This document shows, in pieces, positions 33,630-40,350 of a stretch of 40,350 nt of DNA. Origin of the DNA: a virus. A model generated the notes under the pieces. The model did no database searches. It saw only the letters and a program-made list of their open reading frames with translations, and had not been told where the DNA came from. The stretch is taken from IMG/VR virus record IMGVR_UViG_3300037419_000544; one strand, written 5' to 3'. The first letter of the stretch is position 1. Every line of letters starts with the position of its first letter. The position numbers and the translations under genes were made by a program.

Positions 33630-34249
33630 TTCGCCTTCCCTATGGTCGTTGCGACCCGGTGCGGATGCTTCGGCAGGGGCATCCAGTACAGCGGGATGAG
33701 GTTCGGATGCAGCGGGTGCTTGGCGTACTCGTTGGCGCTGACCAACCACCACCACTTGCGGCCCTCGCCATCCTCGTCCGTCCAGAACGCCGTATCTACG
33801 TGTCCACCCTGCGTGGCGACGAGGATGTTTTCGTCCTCCGGCGCAGACTCAATGGGAAGCCAGCCAGCCGCAAGCACTGGATCGGCCGGGACTCCGGTCG
33901 CCGTGTCGATGCCGCGAAGCGTGTCAGCCAGCGCTTCGATTCCATCGGCCATCCAGTCGTACCGACCGTCCTTGCAGCCCTCGCCTTCCTTCCGGATGCG
34001 AGTGGCCTCCTCATCGCATAGTTGCGCTACCGACTCACGCTCGTCGGCGTGGCCCTCTGCGTAGGCGTGCTGCACAAACTTCTCCAGGCGTTCGCGGATG
34101 TCGTCCAGCCACATCTGCTTCGAGTCTTCCAACTCGTCTGCGCAGGCCCGGCCGTAGTCCATGACGCTCATGATGATGGAGGCGATGGTCTCACCTTGCT
34201 GCCCGTAGGCGGCTTCTACGTCTTCATGCGGAGTGGCTGTGACCATCAC
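33626..34249 (-). CDS. Protein with C-terminal DUF551-like domain
   Basis: WLPIESAPEDENILV...YWMPLPKHP. Confidence 0.65.
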   Translation of the reverse strand: MMVTATPHEDVEAAYGQQGETIASIIMSVMDYGRACADELEDSKQMWLDDIRERLEKFVQHAYAEGHADERESVAQLCDEEATRIRKEGEGCKDGRYDWMADGIEALADTLRGIDTATGVPADPVLAAGWLPIESAPEDENILVATQGGHVDTAFWTDEDGEGRKWWWLVSANEYAKHPLHPNLIPLYWMPLPKHPHRVATTIGKAK

Positions 34250-34446
34250 GCCTCCACGATATCCAAGTCCACCTTGCGCCCGATGCGGTGAACGCAGCTC
34301 CCAAGGGAGCCTTCAGCGCTCACTAAGCGGACGTAGAGATGCGACGGGATGACGGCTCGCGGGTCCGGACCGATGATTTCGTGAATTTCGCGGAGGACCG
34401 AGTGGGCCTCCATGAGCGCAAGCAGAGAAATTCGGTAGTCGTTCAT
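34246..34446 (-). CDS. Hypothetical small protein
   Basis: ATGA and GTGA overlaps on both sides. Confidence 0.55.
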   Translation of the reverse strand: MNDYRISLLALMEAHSVLREIHEIIGPDPRAVIPSHLYVRLVSAEGSLGSCVHRIGRKVDLDIVEA

Positions 34447-34715
34447 TGCATTGCCTTCTTGAGCGCTTCGGCTGCACGCTGGCGAGCCACTTCCACGGAT
34501 TGCGCGATCAGCTCGTTAGCTTCTTCGCGGGTGATCTTCTCCACGCCGTTGTGGGGAACGAACTTGTAAAGCTGGGTCTGAGCGTGGTTGATGAGCAGGT
34601 AAGCATCCGGGGCGTAGTCGCCCGGCGTGGGGATGCTTTGCACGACCATCAGCGAGAGAAAACCAACCTTCACGGCTTGGCCGGTGGTCCAGTTCTGCTT
34701 CGTCTTGGTAATCAT
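34443..34715 (-). CDS. Hypothetical protein
   Basis: 90-aa ORF with GGAGCGAACC RBS region. Confidence 0.6.
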   Translation of the reverse strand: MITKTKQNWTTGQAVKVGFLSLMVVQSIPTPGDYAPDAYLLINHAQTQLYKFVPHNGVEKITREEANELIAQSVEVARQRAAEALKKAMQ

Positions 34716-34775
34716 GGTTCGCTCCTACGAATGGGTGAAGTATAGCCACGGTTACGCGTAACGCAAGACCATTCG

Positions 34776-34979
34776 TCAGGTCGATTCGCCACGGGCAAAA
34801 GCCTCCACCTGAGCCCTCAGCCACCTCTGGAACTTCCGCGTAGACCCAGGAGCCGGAGCAGGAAACCCCTCCTGCTTGACCAGCACATCTCGGGCGTAAT
34901 CCCTCGGCACCTTCCACATGGCGGCTATGTCCTCAATGCTCATCATCTCGGCGCGCCAGATTTCGGAAAGATCACTCAC
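34776..34979 (-). CDS. AlpA/excisionase-type HTH protein (candidate Xis); start GTG 34979 or ATG 34946
   Basis: MSIEDIAAMWKVPRDYARDVLVKQEGFPAPAP...RWLRAQVEAF fits the AlpA/Xis HTH pattern. Confidence 0.5.
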   Translation of the reverse strand: MSDLSEIWRAEMMSIEDIAAMWKVPRDYARDVLVKQEGFPAPAPGSTRKFQRWLRAQVEAFARGEST

Positions 34980-34982
34980 CCC

Positions 34983-35138
34983 TCACCCCCTGCGCAGGGC
35001 CAGCCAATTGCGCAACGACAGGTCCAGGCCGATCAGGAAGAAGGCGTTGATCGGCGTCACGGCTGGCCCGAAGGCCGCCACGGTGAGGTTGGCCGCTGTG
35101 ATCGCGACGACATAGGCCAGAAGGGCGAGGATCAGCAT
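34983..35138 (-). pseudogene. 51-codon ORF resembling TM1-TM2 of a YhhQ/VUT-family queuosine-precursor transporter (truncated remnant or micro membrane protein)
   Basis: Hand translation MLILALLAYVVAITAANLTVAAFGPAVTPINAFFLIGLDLSLRNWLALRRG. Compare E. coli YhhQ LLVITSSNYLV...GAFSFPFIFLATDLTVRIFG. Overlaps the upstream stop by 7 nt. Confidence 0.35.
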
Positions 35139-35374
35139 TTGCGCTCCGTTTCGATGGTGACGCCGTGGTGCGCGGCGATGAGGGTCTGATGGCCGCCGAA
35201 CGCTCGCAGAAGGTCGTCAGCAATCTCCTCGTGGTAGCCCTCGCTGATCGCTTCGACGCGCGCGATGATCTGCTCCACTGGGATCACTTCCTTCGTGCGA
35301 ATCTCAAGCGCGAACTTGATGCGCACGCCATTGACCGGGCAGTTCGCGAAAAACTCGGTGCGATAGATGTTCAA
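35132..35374 (-). CDS. 80-aa QueF-like T-fold protein (Cys-Pro-x-x-Gly strand)
   Basis: EFFANCPVNGVRIKFALEI...EGYHEEIADDL compared with B. subtilis QueF EFTSLCPKTGQPDFATIYI...HGDFHEDCMN. TTG start in a TTGA overlap. Confidence 0.35.
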   Translation of the reverse strand: MNIYRTEFFANCPVNGVRIKFALEIRTKEVIPVEQIIARVEAISEGYHEEIADDLLRAFGGHQTLIAAHHGVTIETERKC

Positions 35375-36099
35375 GCGAACACCTCCTGTTGAATGGGAAC
35401 TGGCGCCCAGGCGGGCGCGCTGTTGTGGGCTTCGATGCGCTCCGCAATCACTGCCGCGCGCTGAGCTGCGGACGGTGGCAGGTACATGCCGAAACGATCA
35501 AGGGAGCCGCTGTTGACGGCGGCGTTCGTGCTGTCCGCGCTCGCGAGCGGCAGCTTGGAGAAGATGGCCGGGTCGAGCATGCGCAGGCCGTGCAGCTTGG
35601 CGAGCGGCCGACCTTCCGGGCACACCGCGTTCATGGCCTCGGACATGCGGCCCCACCAGGCGGAAGTTCCAGGGCTGGACCACTCGCCGGAAGACCCGAG
35701 TGCGACGGTGCGATAGACGCGGCACAGCCGCTCCAGCCGTCCGATGCTCTCGTGCAGGTGCCACACCGGGACGCCCGGTAGACGAGCGGGCCAGTCGCGC
35801 AACAGCGCGTCGTTGTCCGCCTCCTCGCCGTCGATCACGTCGGGGATCAGCGCCCAATCGAAGCCGGGATGGCGGTGCCATTCCTCGCACCAGCGGGTAT
35901 AGCCCTCCACGTCCAGAACCTCGCCGCGCTTCCACACGCTGAACGCGCCGTTGTCGAACACGAAGGACTGGCAGGCTTCGGCCACGATCCCCATGTCATC
36001 CTGACGCGGGAACGGGACGAGCGCGTGCCGGCCCATGAGGAATCGGGCAACGTCCTGGCGCGTGCCGCCGACAGGCGTGCCGTGGTAGTGGATCAACAC
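35371..36099 (-). CDS. TGT-superfamily (DpdA-like) candidate DNA/RNA guanine transglycosylase
   Basis: Ordered motifs HGTPVGGT, FVFDNGAFS, ALIPDVIDG, VALGSSGE and LASADSTNAA parallel TGT TPxFMPVGT, DSGGFQ, DE, AIGG and FDCVxPTR. GTG/TTG start at 36099/36096 after AGGAGG. Confidence 0.45.
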   Translation of the reverse strand: MLIHYHGTPVGGTRQDVARFLMGRHALVPFPRQDDMGIVAEACQSFVFDNGAFSVWKRGEVLDVEGYTRWCEEWHRHPGFDWALIPDVIDGEEADNDALLRDWPARLPGVPVWHLHESIGRLERLCRVYRTVALGSSGEWSSPGTSAWWGRMSEAMNAVCPEGRPLAKLHGLRMLDPAIFSKLPLASADSTNAAVNSGSLDRFGMYLPPSAAQRAAVIAERIEAHNSAPAWAPVPIQQEVFA

Positions 36100-36305
36100 C
36101 CGCCCTCCTGCTTCGGCGCGCACGCCCCCACGCCAGAGGCGTCGCGCTCGGCGAGCAGATCGCGCATGCGCTTGGCGAGGTACATCGACTGGCAGCGCCA
36201 GCAGCCGGAAACGCCGTCGCTGTCGCAGCGGCGCGGCTTGATCTTCTCGTCCATGAAGCGCAGCGTCGATTCCAACGCTGCGCGATCCTTGATCGGCTCA
36301 GCCAT
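36093..36305 (-). CDS. Hypothetical Cys-rich small protein
   Basis: Start MAEPIKDR (8-nt overlap with the upstream gene). Confidence 0.5.
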   Translation of the reverse strand: MAEPIKDRAALESTLRFMDEKIKPRRCDSDGVSGCWRCQSMYLAKRMRDLLAERDASGVGACAPKQEGGC

Positions 36306-36642
36306 TCTTCTCTCCATCAACCGAGTCCACGCCAGCATTGCGCTGCGCGTCTTTCATGGGCTCGCCCTCCAGCACCGTGCTCCATGCGTCGCGCCGGTTG
36401 TCCTGGTCCTCGAACACGTAGCGGAACTGCCAGCCAACGCATTCCACCGGCTGCGCCTCCTGCACGGGGAGGGACTGGAGGAGGGCAATCGCAGCTTTGG
36501 CGACAGCATCGCGCAGCGGTTCATGGTCGCTAGGCGGAAGTGCGCGACGGGCGCGGATGTATTCGCTCTGCGCGTAGTCGTCCACCAGACTCATAAAGGA
36601 GTCGATCTGCGCCCGCTGTTCCTCGGTAAGGGTGTAGGTCAT
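36298..36642 (-). CDS. Hypothetical protein
   Basis: 114-aa ORF, GC3-rich. Confidence 0.6.
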   Translation of the reverse strand: MTYTLTEEQRAQIDSFMSLVDDYAQSEYIRARRALPPSDHEPLRDAVAKAAIALLQSLPVQEAQPVECVGWQFRYVFEDQDNRRDAWSTVLEGEPMKDAQRNAGVDSVDGEKNG

Positions 36643-36665
36643 TGTCTTTGCTCCGTAGGGGTGGC

Positions 36666-37163
36666 CTACTTGATCGTCAGTCGATCCTTGGCGACGAGGC
36701 GAGCGCCAGGAACGGTGAACTTGTCCTTGATGGCGCGCCTGATGAGAACCTTGTCAGGCTCGTACTTGGCCGGGACTTCGCGCATGTAGTCCTCGGGGAT
36801 GCTTTGCGGCTCGTAGATTTCCACCGACTCATCTCGCCCTACTTCCAGCTTTGCGCAGAACGTGCCGTCGTCCGACTTGATGCTCTGGATTCCGCAAGCG
36901 GCCATGTGGGAGGCAAGGTAAGCCTTGAGCCAGTCGGAACGCTTGCGAGCCGACTTGACCCGTTCCATCAGAGACTTGGCGTGAGCCTCTACCATGTCAG
37001 CTTGCGCGTTGTTCTCCAGAACGAACGCCGCTACGGCCTTGGCCTTGCTAGCCACCAGATCCCGCGCCGCTTCGTATCCCTCCGGCAACTCCCCTGTTTC
37101 CGGGTCGATCTGCTCCAGCAGTTCTCGCACTTCCTGAGCAGCTTGGTACAGCGTGATGTTCAT
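36666..37163 (-). CDS. Siphovirus Gp157-family protein
   Basis: MNITLYQAAQEVRELLEQIDPETGELPEG...AFVLENNAQADMVEAHAKSLMERVKSARKRSDWLKAYL...VPGARLVAKDRLTIK matches the Gp157 pattern. Confidence 0.7.
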   Translation of the reverse strand: MNITLYQAAQEVRELLEQIDPETGELPEGYEAARDLVASKAKAVAAFVLENNAQADMVEAHAKSLMERVKSARKRSDWLKAYLASHMAACGIQSIKSDDGTFCAKLEVGRDESVEIYEPQSIPEDYMREVPAKYEPDKVLIRRAIKDKFTVPGARLVAKDRLTIK

Positions 37164-37323
37164 TGCGTTGTTCCTTCCATAGCTTCCAGCGAGACTCGCG
37201 CTTACGTCCTTCGTTCGTGCAGTCGTGGCACCACGAGGCGAGGCGCATGTTTCCGCTTTTCCGCCGGATCAGGGCGAACCGTGAGTCCGGCAGAAAGCGA
37301 AGGCAGTGCGAGCACTGCTTCAT
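37048..37323 (-). CDS. Zinc-ribbon ORF paralogous to the N-terminus of the adjacent HNH endonuclease; 3' end uncertain (overlaps Gp157 gene by 116 nt)
   Basis: MKQCSHCLRFLPDSRF...ASWCHDCTNEGRKRE versus HNH KRCFKCLCEKPIEAFY...LNKCKDCTKRDVAKH. ATGA coupling. Confidence 0.45.
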   Translation of the reverse strand: MKQCSHCLRFLPDSRFALIRRKSGNMRLASWCHDCTNEGRKRESRWKLWKEQRNEHHAVPSCSGSARTAGADRPGNRGVAGGIRSGAGSGG

Positions 37324-37766
37324 GCCGCATCGCGCTCCCTCGGGTCGTTGGCGACTAGGGCATGCGCTTGCTTGTGATGCGGCTGGCAAAGCCAAACCAC
37401 ATCAAGCGGAGCGCTGTAGTCGGGGTGGTGAGCGACGGCCTTCTCGCCACACACCCAGCACGGTTGCCGCTTCAGAACTCCATTCCGGATGGCGCGGATA
37501 ACCATTGCATTTGCGCGTATCCGGTCTGGAAACTCCTTGCGGTATTTCTCCGCGTAGTGAATGCGGCTTGCCAGCCGGTGATCCTGGGAGGCGCGAGCGC
37601 GGTCATACGCCCGAACCTTCTCCAGATTCTCCTGGCGATGCTTTGCCACATCACGCTTGGTGCAGTCCTTGCATTTGTTCAGGTGCCCGTCGCCCATCTG
37701 TGCGTGCTTGTAGAAAGCCTCAATTGGCTTTTCACACAAGCACTTGAAGCAGCGCTTAGTAGTCAT
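37320..37766 (-). CDS. HNH endonuclease with N-terminal zinc ribbon
   Basis: CWVCGEKAVAHHPDYSAPLDVVWLCQPHHKQAH. Start at MTTKRCFKC. Confidence 0.8.
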   Translation of the reverse strand: MTTKRCFKCLCEKPIEAFYKHAQMGDGHLNKCKDCTKRDVAKHRQENLEKVRAYDRARASQDHRLASRIHYAEKYRKEFPDRIRANAMVIRAIRNGVLKRQPCWVCGEKAVAHHPDYSAPLDVVWLCQPHHKQAHALVANDPRERDAA

Positions 37767-38469
37767 AGCGACGCATCCGCCGCGAGTTGGACGATTCCAT
37801 GTCGTACTGCATAGAGGAAGAGACAAAAGGTATGTCTTCCTCCATATCCTCAAATCCAGCCCCAGCGGCTGCGCCGGCCTTCGCGTTCGTGACAGCCTGA
37901 GCGGGCTTGTTGCCCCACTCCATGCAGCCGCCGATCTTCTCCTTCAACCAGTCGGGGAAGGACTCGTACATCGCCTTATCGACGTTGTTCACGTCGAACA
38001 CTTGGTTTTCCATCACCGGGACGGGCTTGCTGTTCTTCAGGGCGGCGGGCCAGCGGGAAACACTGGCGACGTTGGTGTAGGTCTTCTCGCCCTTCTTGTC
38101 GTGCTTCACCGTGACCATGCAGTAAGCGCCGAGGAGGGCGGTGATATCGAAGCCGCGCAGCTCTTCGTCGGTGAATGCCTTGCCGCGCCAGCTTTCCAGA
38201 TCGGCGCGCAGGTTCGCCTTCTTCACGAGGGATAGGGTGTACTGCTTGCTGATCGTCATCGGGTCGCCGTTGTCCGTCTTCAGCGGGGTGCCGTCATCGG
38301 ACTCGCCGTGCAGTTCCCATCCGATCAGGACTTTGTGCATCAGCTTCAGTTCGCCCATGTACTCGACTTCCTGCGTTCCCATGTCGATGATGCGGTAGCA
38401 CCGCGCCATGTGGTTGCCTTCGGGGACGGGCTTGAACTCCTTATTGGAGCCGGTTGCGATCAGTGCCAT
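37756..38469 (-). CDS. DUF669-type phage ssDNA-binding-like protein with SSB-tip motif EEDIPF
   Basis: FKPVPEGNHMARCYRII...KVLIGWEL... fits the DUF669 pattern. GFEDMEEDIPF resembles the bacterial SSB C-terminal tip but is followed by 22 more residues. Confidence 0.55.
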   Translation of the reverse strand: MALIATGSNKEFKPVPEGNHMARCYRIIDMGTQEVEYMGELKLMHKVLIGWELHGESDDGTPLKTDNGDPMTISKQYTLSLVKKANLRADLESWRGKAFTDEELRGFDITALLGAYCMVTVKHDKKGEKTYTNVASVSRWPAALKNSKPVPVMENQVFDVNNVDKAMYESFPDWLKEKIGGCMEWGNKPAQAVTNAKAGAAAGAGFEDMEEDIPFVSSSMQYDMESSNSRRMRRYDY

Positions 38470-38619
38470 TTACGTTTTCTCCTGCCACAGTAGGTCGCGG
38501 CGCACCTTAGAAAGGGGAATGAATGGAGCCACGACGCTGGCGAAGCCAGCGCAGGCGGCGGAACTCGCGCACGGCGGCGCGAACAGAAGCGATGAAGTCG
38601 GAGAACATGGGCACTCCTA

Positions 38620-38829
38620 TCATCCAAACCAGATCACTAGCCCCGTACATGCCATGAGGAGAACGAGCACGGATGCGGCGTAGATGAAGAGGGTTCTGGC
38701 CTCTTCGGGTGAAACAGGCGATTCGTCCTGAATGGGCTCCGGCCAGCCGAGAGCAGCACGCGAAGCCCATACGGAGTTAGCACACTTGCGGCCCTGGTTG
38801 CAGTTGCCGTGGCAGGGAGGGCAGTTCAT
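38620..38829 (-). CDS. Small Cys-rich membrane protein (MNCPPCHGNCNQGRKC... C-terminal TM)
   Basis: ATGA coupling. C-terminus LFIYAASVLVLLMACTGLVIWFG. Confidence 0.5.
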   Translation of the reverse strand: MNCPPCHGNCNQGRKCANSVWASRAALGWPEPIQDESPVSPEEARTLFIYAASVLVLLMACTGLVIWFG

Positions 38830-38945
38830 TTCGCCGCCACGACCGAGATAAACGCCAACCCAGCCAGCGCAATGACACCGATCCAGCCCCAAAAGGCGGT
38901 AGAGGCGAATACGCTTCGGCGCGTGTGGTAGACGATCCTTTGCAT
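38826..38945 (-). CDS. 39-aa single-TM micro-ORF (MQRIVYHTRRSVFASTAFWGWIGVIALAGLAFISVVAAK)
   Basis: Hand translation. TGATG and ATGA overlaps on both sides. Confidence 0.4.
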   Translation of the reverse strand: MQRIVYHTRRSVFASTAFWGWIGVIALAGLAFISVVAAK

Positions 38946-39091
38946 CACACTCTCCTGACAGGAGGAAGCCAGCCGAAACGCTTCCACGTTTGCCGAACAT
39001 CCGTTTCGTTGGACGGGGTGTAGCGCCAGTGCGGGTTCTTCAGGTGCTGGACCTGCGACGGGGCGCTCTTTTGCTTGCTGTCGTCTTTCAT
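38945..39091 (-). CDS. 48-aa micro-ORF (MKDDSKQKSAPSQVQHLKNPHWRYTPSNETDVRQTWKRFGWLPPVRRV)
   Basis: Hand translation. ATGA overlap with the upstream stop. Confidence 0.45.
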   Translation of the reverse strand: MKDDSKQKSAPSQVQHLKNPHWRYTPSNETDVRQTWKRFGWLPPVRRV

Positions 39092-39396
39092 TGCGTCTTG
39101 TCCTCCAGTGCGGAACGGGCGAGGTCGAGCGCCTGATTACTGGTCAGAAGGTTGGAACTGAATCCCCGGCACTCACCGAACGAGAGCCACGCCAAAGACT
39201 GCGCGGTTTCCCTCAGCTCCTCTTCCAGTCTTGCGATACGAGCCGAAGAAGCCTCGGTGGCGGCTTGCCAGACATTCCATCCACTACTTGCAAACGCAAG
39301 CAAGTACTCGCCATTGACGGGATTCCGCTCCGTGGCTCGCGGGTACTTGCCGTCATTGGTCGCCCACGCCTCAAAAGCCCTCCTCATGTCGGTCAT
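39088..39396 (-). CDS. Hypothetical protein
   Basis: 102-aa ORF. ATGA overlaps at both ends. Confidence 0.6.
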   Translation of the reverse strand: MTDMRRAFEAWATNDGKYPRATERNPVNGEYLLAFASSGWNVWQAATEASSARIARLEEELRETAQSLAWLSFGECRGFSSNLLTSNQALDLARSALEDKTQ

Positions 39397-39551
39397 TCGC
39401 TCGCCTCCAGTTCGCTCGGCTCAGGCGCTTTCTCACTCACGACAACTCGGGCAGCAGCGCCTTCCCCCGCAATCGTCTTGACCTCGTACACCACTCCGTT
39501 GTGGTTGAAGGTGAATCCACCTTCGTTGGGGAATCGGATGTCAGTGGTCAT
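39393..39551 (-). CDS. 52-aa micro-ORF (MTTDIRFPNEGGFTFNHNGVVYEVKTIAGEG...)
   Basis: Hand translation. GAGGGAAG RBS. ATGA overlaps at both ends. Confidence 0.5.
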   Translation of the reverse strand: MTTDIRFPNEGGFTFNHNGVVYEVKTIAGEGAAARVVVSEKAPEPSELEASE

Positions 39552-39763
39552 GCTTCCCTCGCCTTGAGCATGGCGTCAGCAACGTCGTATGCGTCCTCAG
39601 CCAATTCATCTATCGTCAGCCCGTTGTCTCGGGCAAAGGCCCCGTCCGCAGCGAAGCCCTGCATCGCCTTGGCCGCGAAGTAGTCGCGCAGGGTCATGCC
39701 GTTGTGCCCTTCGTAGCGGTGGTCGCGCGGGAACGCCGGACCGCCATCGTTGATCGCGCTCAT
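39548..39763 (-). CDS. Hypothetical phage protein (MSAINDGGPAFP... motif)
   Basis: Start at 39763 in an ATGA overlap. The GGPAFP N-terminus recurs in small phage proteins. Confidence 0.55.
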   Translation of the reverse strand: MSAINDGGPAFPRDHRYEGHNGMTLRDYFAAKAMQGFAADGAFARDNGLTIDELAEDAYDVADAMLKAREA

Positions 39764-39867
39764 CGCATCACCCAAAAGAGAAATCCAGCCCAAATCACCG
39801 CAGAAACAGCAGCAGTGATCCAGAAGTAAGGAGTAATCAGAGGGCGGGGAGAGTCGTCGTCGCTCAC
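39760..39867 (-). CDS. 35-aa single-TM micro-ORF (VSDDDSPRPLITPYFWITAAVSAVIWAGFLFWVMR)
   Basis: Hand translation. GTGA and ATGA overlaps. Confidence 0.4.
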   Translation of the reverse strand: MSDDDSPRPLITPYFWITAAVSAVIWAGFLFWVMR

Positions 39868-40046
39868 TGCCCCTCCGCTTCCGGCTTCTCAAAGAGCTCT
39901 TGAAGCGCCTCCATCACGGTCGATCCGCTGTAGCCGGAAAGCCTGTCGGCAACGCTCATGTTGTCCACGAAGTTGTCGGGAACGCCTCCGCTGTAAGGAG
40001 CGATGGCATAGCCGTTCTTGGTCTTGATGATGAGAATCGCGTTCAC
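39864..40046 (-). CDS. Hypothetical small protein (GTG 40046 preferred over GTG 40052)
   Basis: GTGA overlap with the upstream stop. GGAG lies 5 nt upstream of 40046. Confidence 0.5.
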   Translation of the reverse strand: MNAILIIKTKNGYAIAPYSGGVPDNFVDNMSVADRLSGYSGSTVMEALQELFEKPEAEGQ

Positions 40047-40350
40047 ACCCACTCCTCGCGCATGTCGCGCAGATAGTCAGGATCAGGCTGCAAAGACTCC
40101 TCGTGCTCCGACAGAATCTCCGCCTCCAATGTCTTGATGCAGTCGGCGTCGAGCAGAGTGAGGATGTCGATCCTCCCGGCCTTCAGGTTGCCGCTCTTGC
40201 ACTCGACTTCCACCGCGCACAGGGTCACGTTGGACGGGTAACGCGGCTCGTGCCAGCCATCTCCCGTTGCGCGCTCGTATTCGTAGTGAATCGTCGCCTC
40301 CAGATCGCGTGCTTCGTTCCCGTTCACGCTCAGATTGATGTAGCCGGTGG
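40043..40350 (-). CDS. 3' part of the wrap-around CDS (hypothetical early protein)
   Basis: The ORF-track frame is open to the window edge. The GTG listed at 40327 is internal once the circle is closed. Confidence 0.6.
   Translation of the reverse strand, partial: TGYINLSVNGNEARDLEATIHYEYERATGDGWHEPRYPSNVTLCAVEVECKSGNLKAGRIDILTLLDADCIKTLEAEILSEHEESLQPDPDYLRDMREEWV
40224..40350. repeat. Terminal direct repeat, copy 2 (identical to 1..127)
   Basis: Same as copy 1. Confidence 0.95.

Larger units (their letters stand above)
1..40350. mobile_element. Complete circular temperate phage genome (lambdoid regulation, P22-type podovirus virion module); 40,223 bp unique
   Basis: Exact 127-nt overlap of the two window ends. 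Full immunity, replication, nin, Q, packaging, head, tail, lysis and int/attP modules are present, with no flanking host genes. Confidence 0.85.

Noticed and set aside
38507-38770. 87-aa minus-strand ORF overlapping the Cys-rich membrane-protein gene
   Set aside because: Most of it overlaps 38620..38829 in another frame. Only its last 33 codons (38608..38507, GGAG RBS) might be a separate micro-ORF, which is mentioned in the micro-ORF finding.
1-40350. Diversity-generating retroelement (P22/BPP-like podoviruses sometimes carry one), retron or other RT-based system
   Set aside because: No ORF with reverse-transcriptase motifs was seen. I also found no template/variable repeat pair near the receptor-binding genes (18712..19704, 25255..27393) by eye. 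A computed self-dot-plot would be needed to exclude short diverged repeats.

Overview
This 40,350-nt window is a complete, circularly closed genome of a GC-rich temperate phage. Nt 1-127 are identical to nt 40224-40350, so 40,223 bp are unique and one CDS runs across the junction.

Layout:
(1) A lambda-like immunity region. It holds an S24-peptidase CI-type repressor (1897-2550, minus) and a Cro-like gene (2633-2872, plus). Five copies of a 13-bp palindromic operator AAAC[A/G]-N3-[T/C]GTTT are shared between a PR-type and a PL-type promoter of identical architecture.
(2) A rightward early operon: replication initiator with internal iterons, NinB, NinG and a Q-type antiterminator.
(3) A near-consensus late promoter followed by two intrinsic terminators.
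(4) A late operon in P22 gene order: GroES-like, TerS, TerL, P22-type portal, scaffold, P22-type coat, decoration-like, gp4-like, gp10-like, needle/fibre, three ejection proteins and tailspike. It is followed by a lysis cassette (two holin-like genes, GH19 endolysin, overlapped Rz/Rz1) and two accessory genes (HslV-like Ntn peptidase, calcineurin-like phosphoesterase).
(5) A leftward early operon that wraps through the junction. It carries many tiny translationally coupled ORFs, a DUF669-type SSB-like protein, an HNH endonuclease, a Gp157-like protein, a TGT/DpdA-like plus QueF-like pair, an Xis-like HTH and DUF551 proteins. It continues through attP (which contains a tRNA 3' end) and a tyrosine integrase, then three further minus-strand genes, to a convergent terminator zone.

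I saw no rRNA, intact tRNA, CRISPR array, transposase or reverse transcriptase.

Most noteworthy:
- a compact candidate 7-deazaguanine DNA-modification module (34983-36099);
- a phage-borne minimal HslV-like threonine peptidase coupled to a metallophosphoesterase (29253-30511);
- an in-frame 12-bp x17 tandem array encoding x-A-A-[R/W] tetrads (231-434);
- a reverse-strand 59-codon moron between the last ejection-protein gene and the tailspike gene.

All protein-family calls come from motif recognition by eye, not from searches, and need HMM or structure confirmation.
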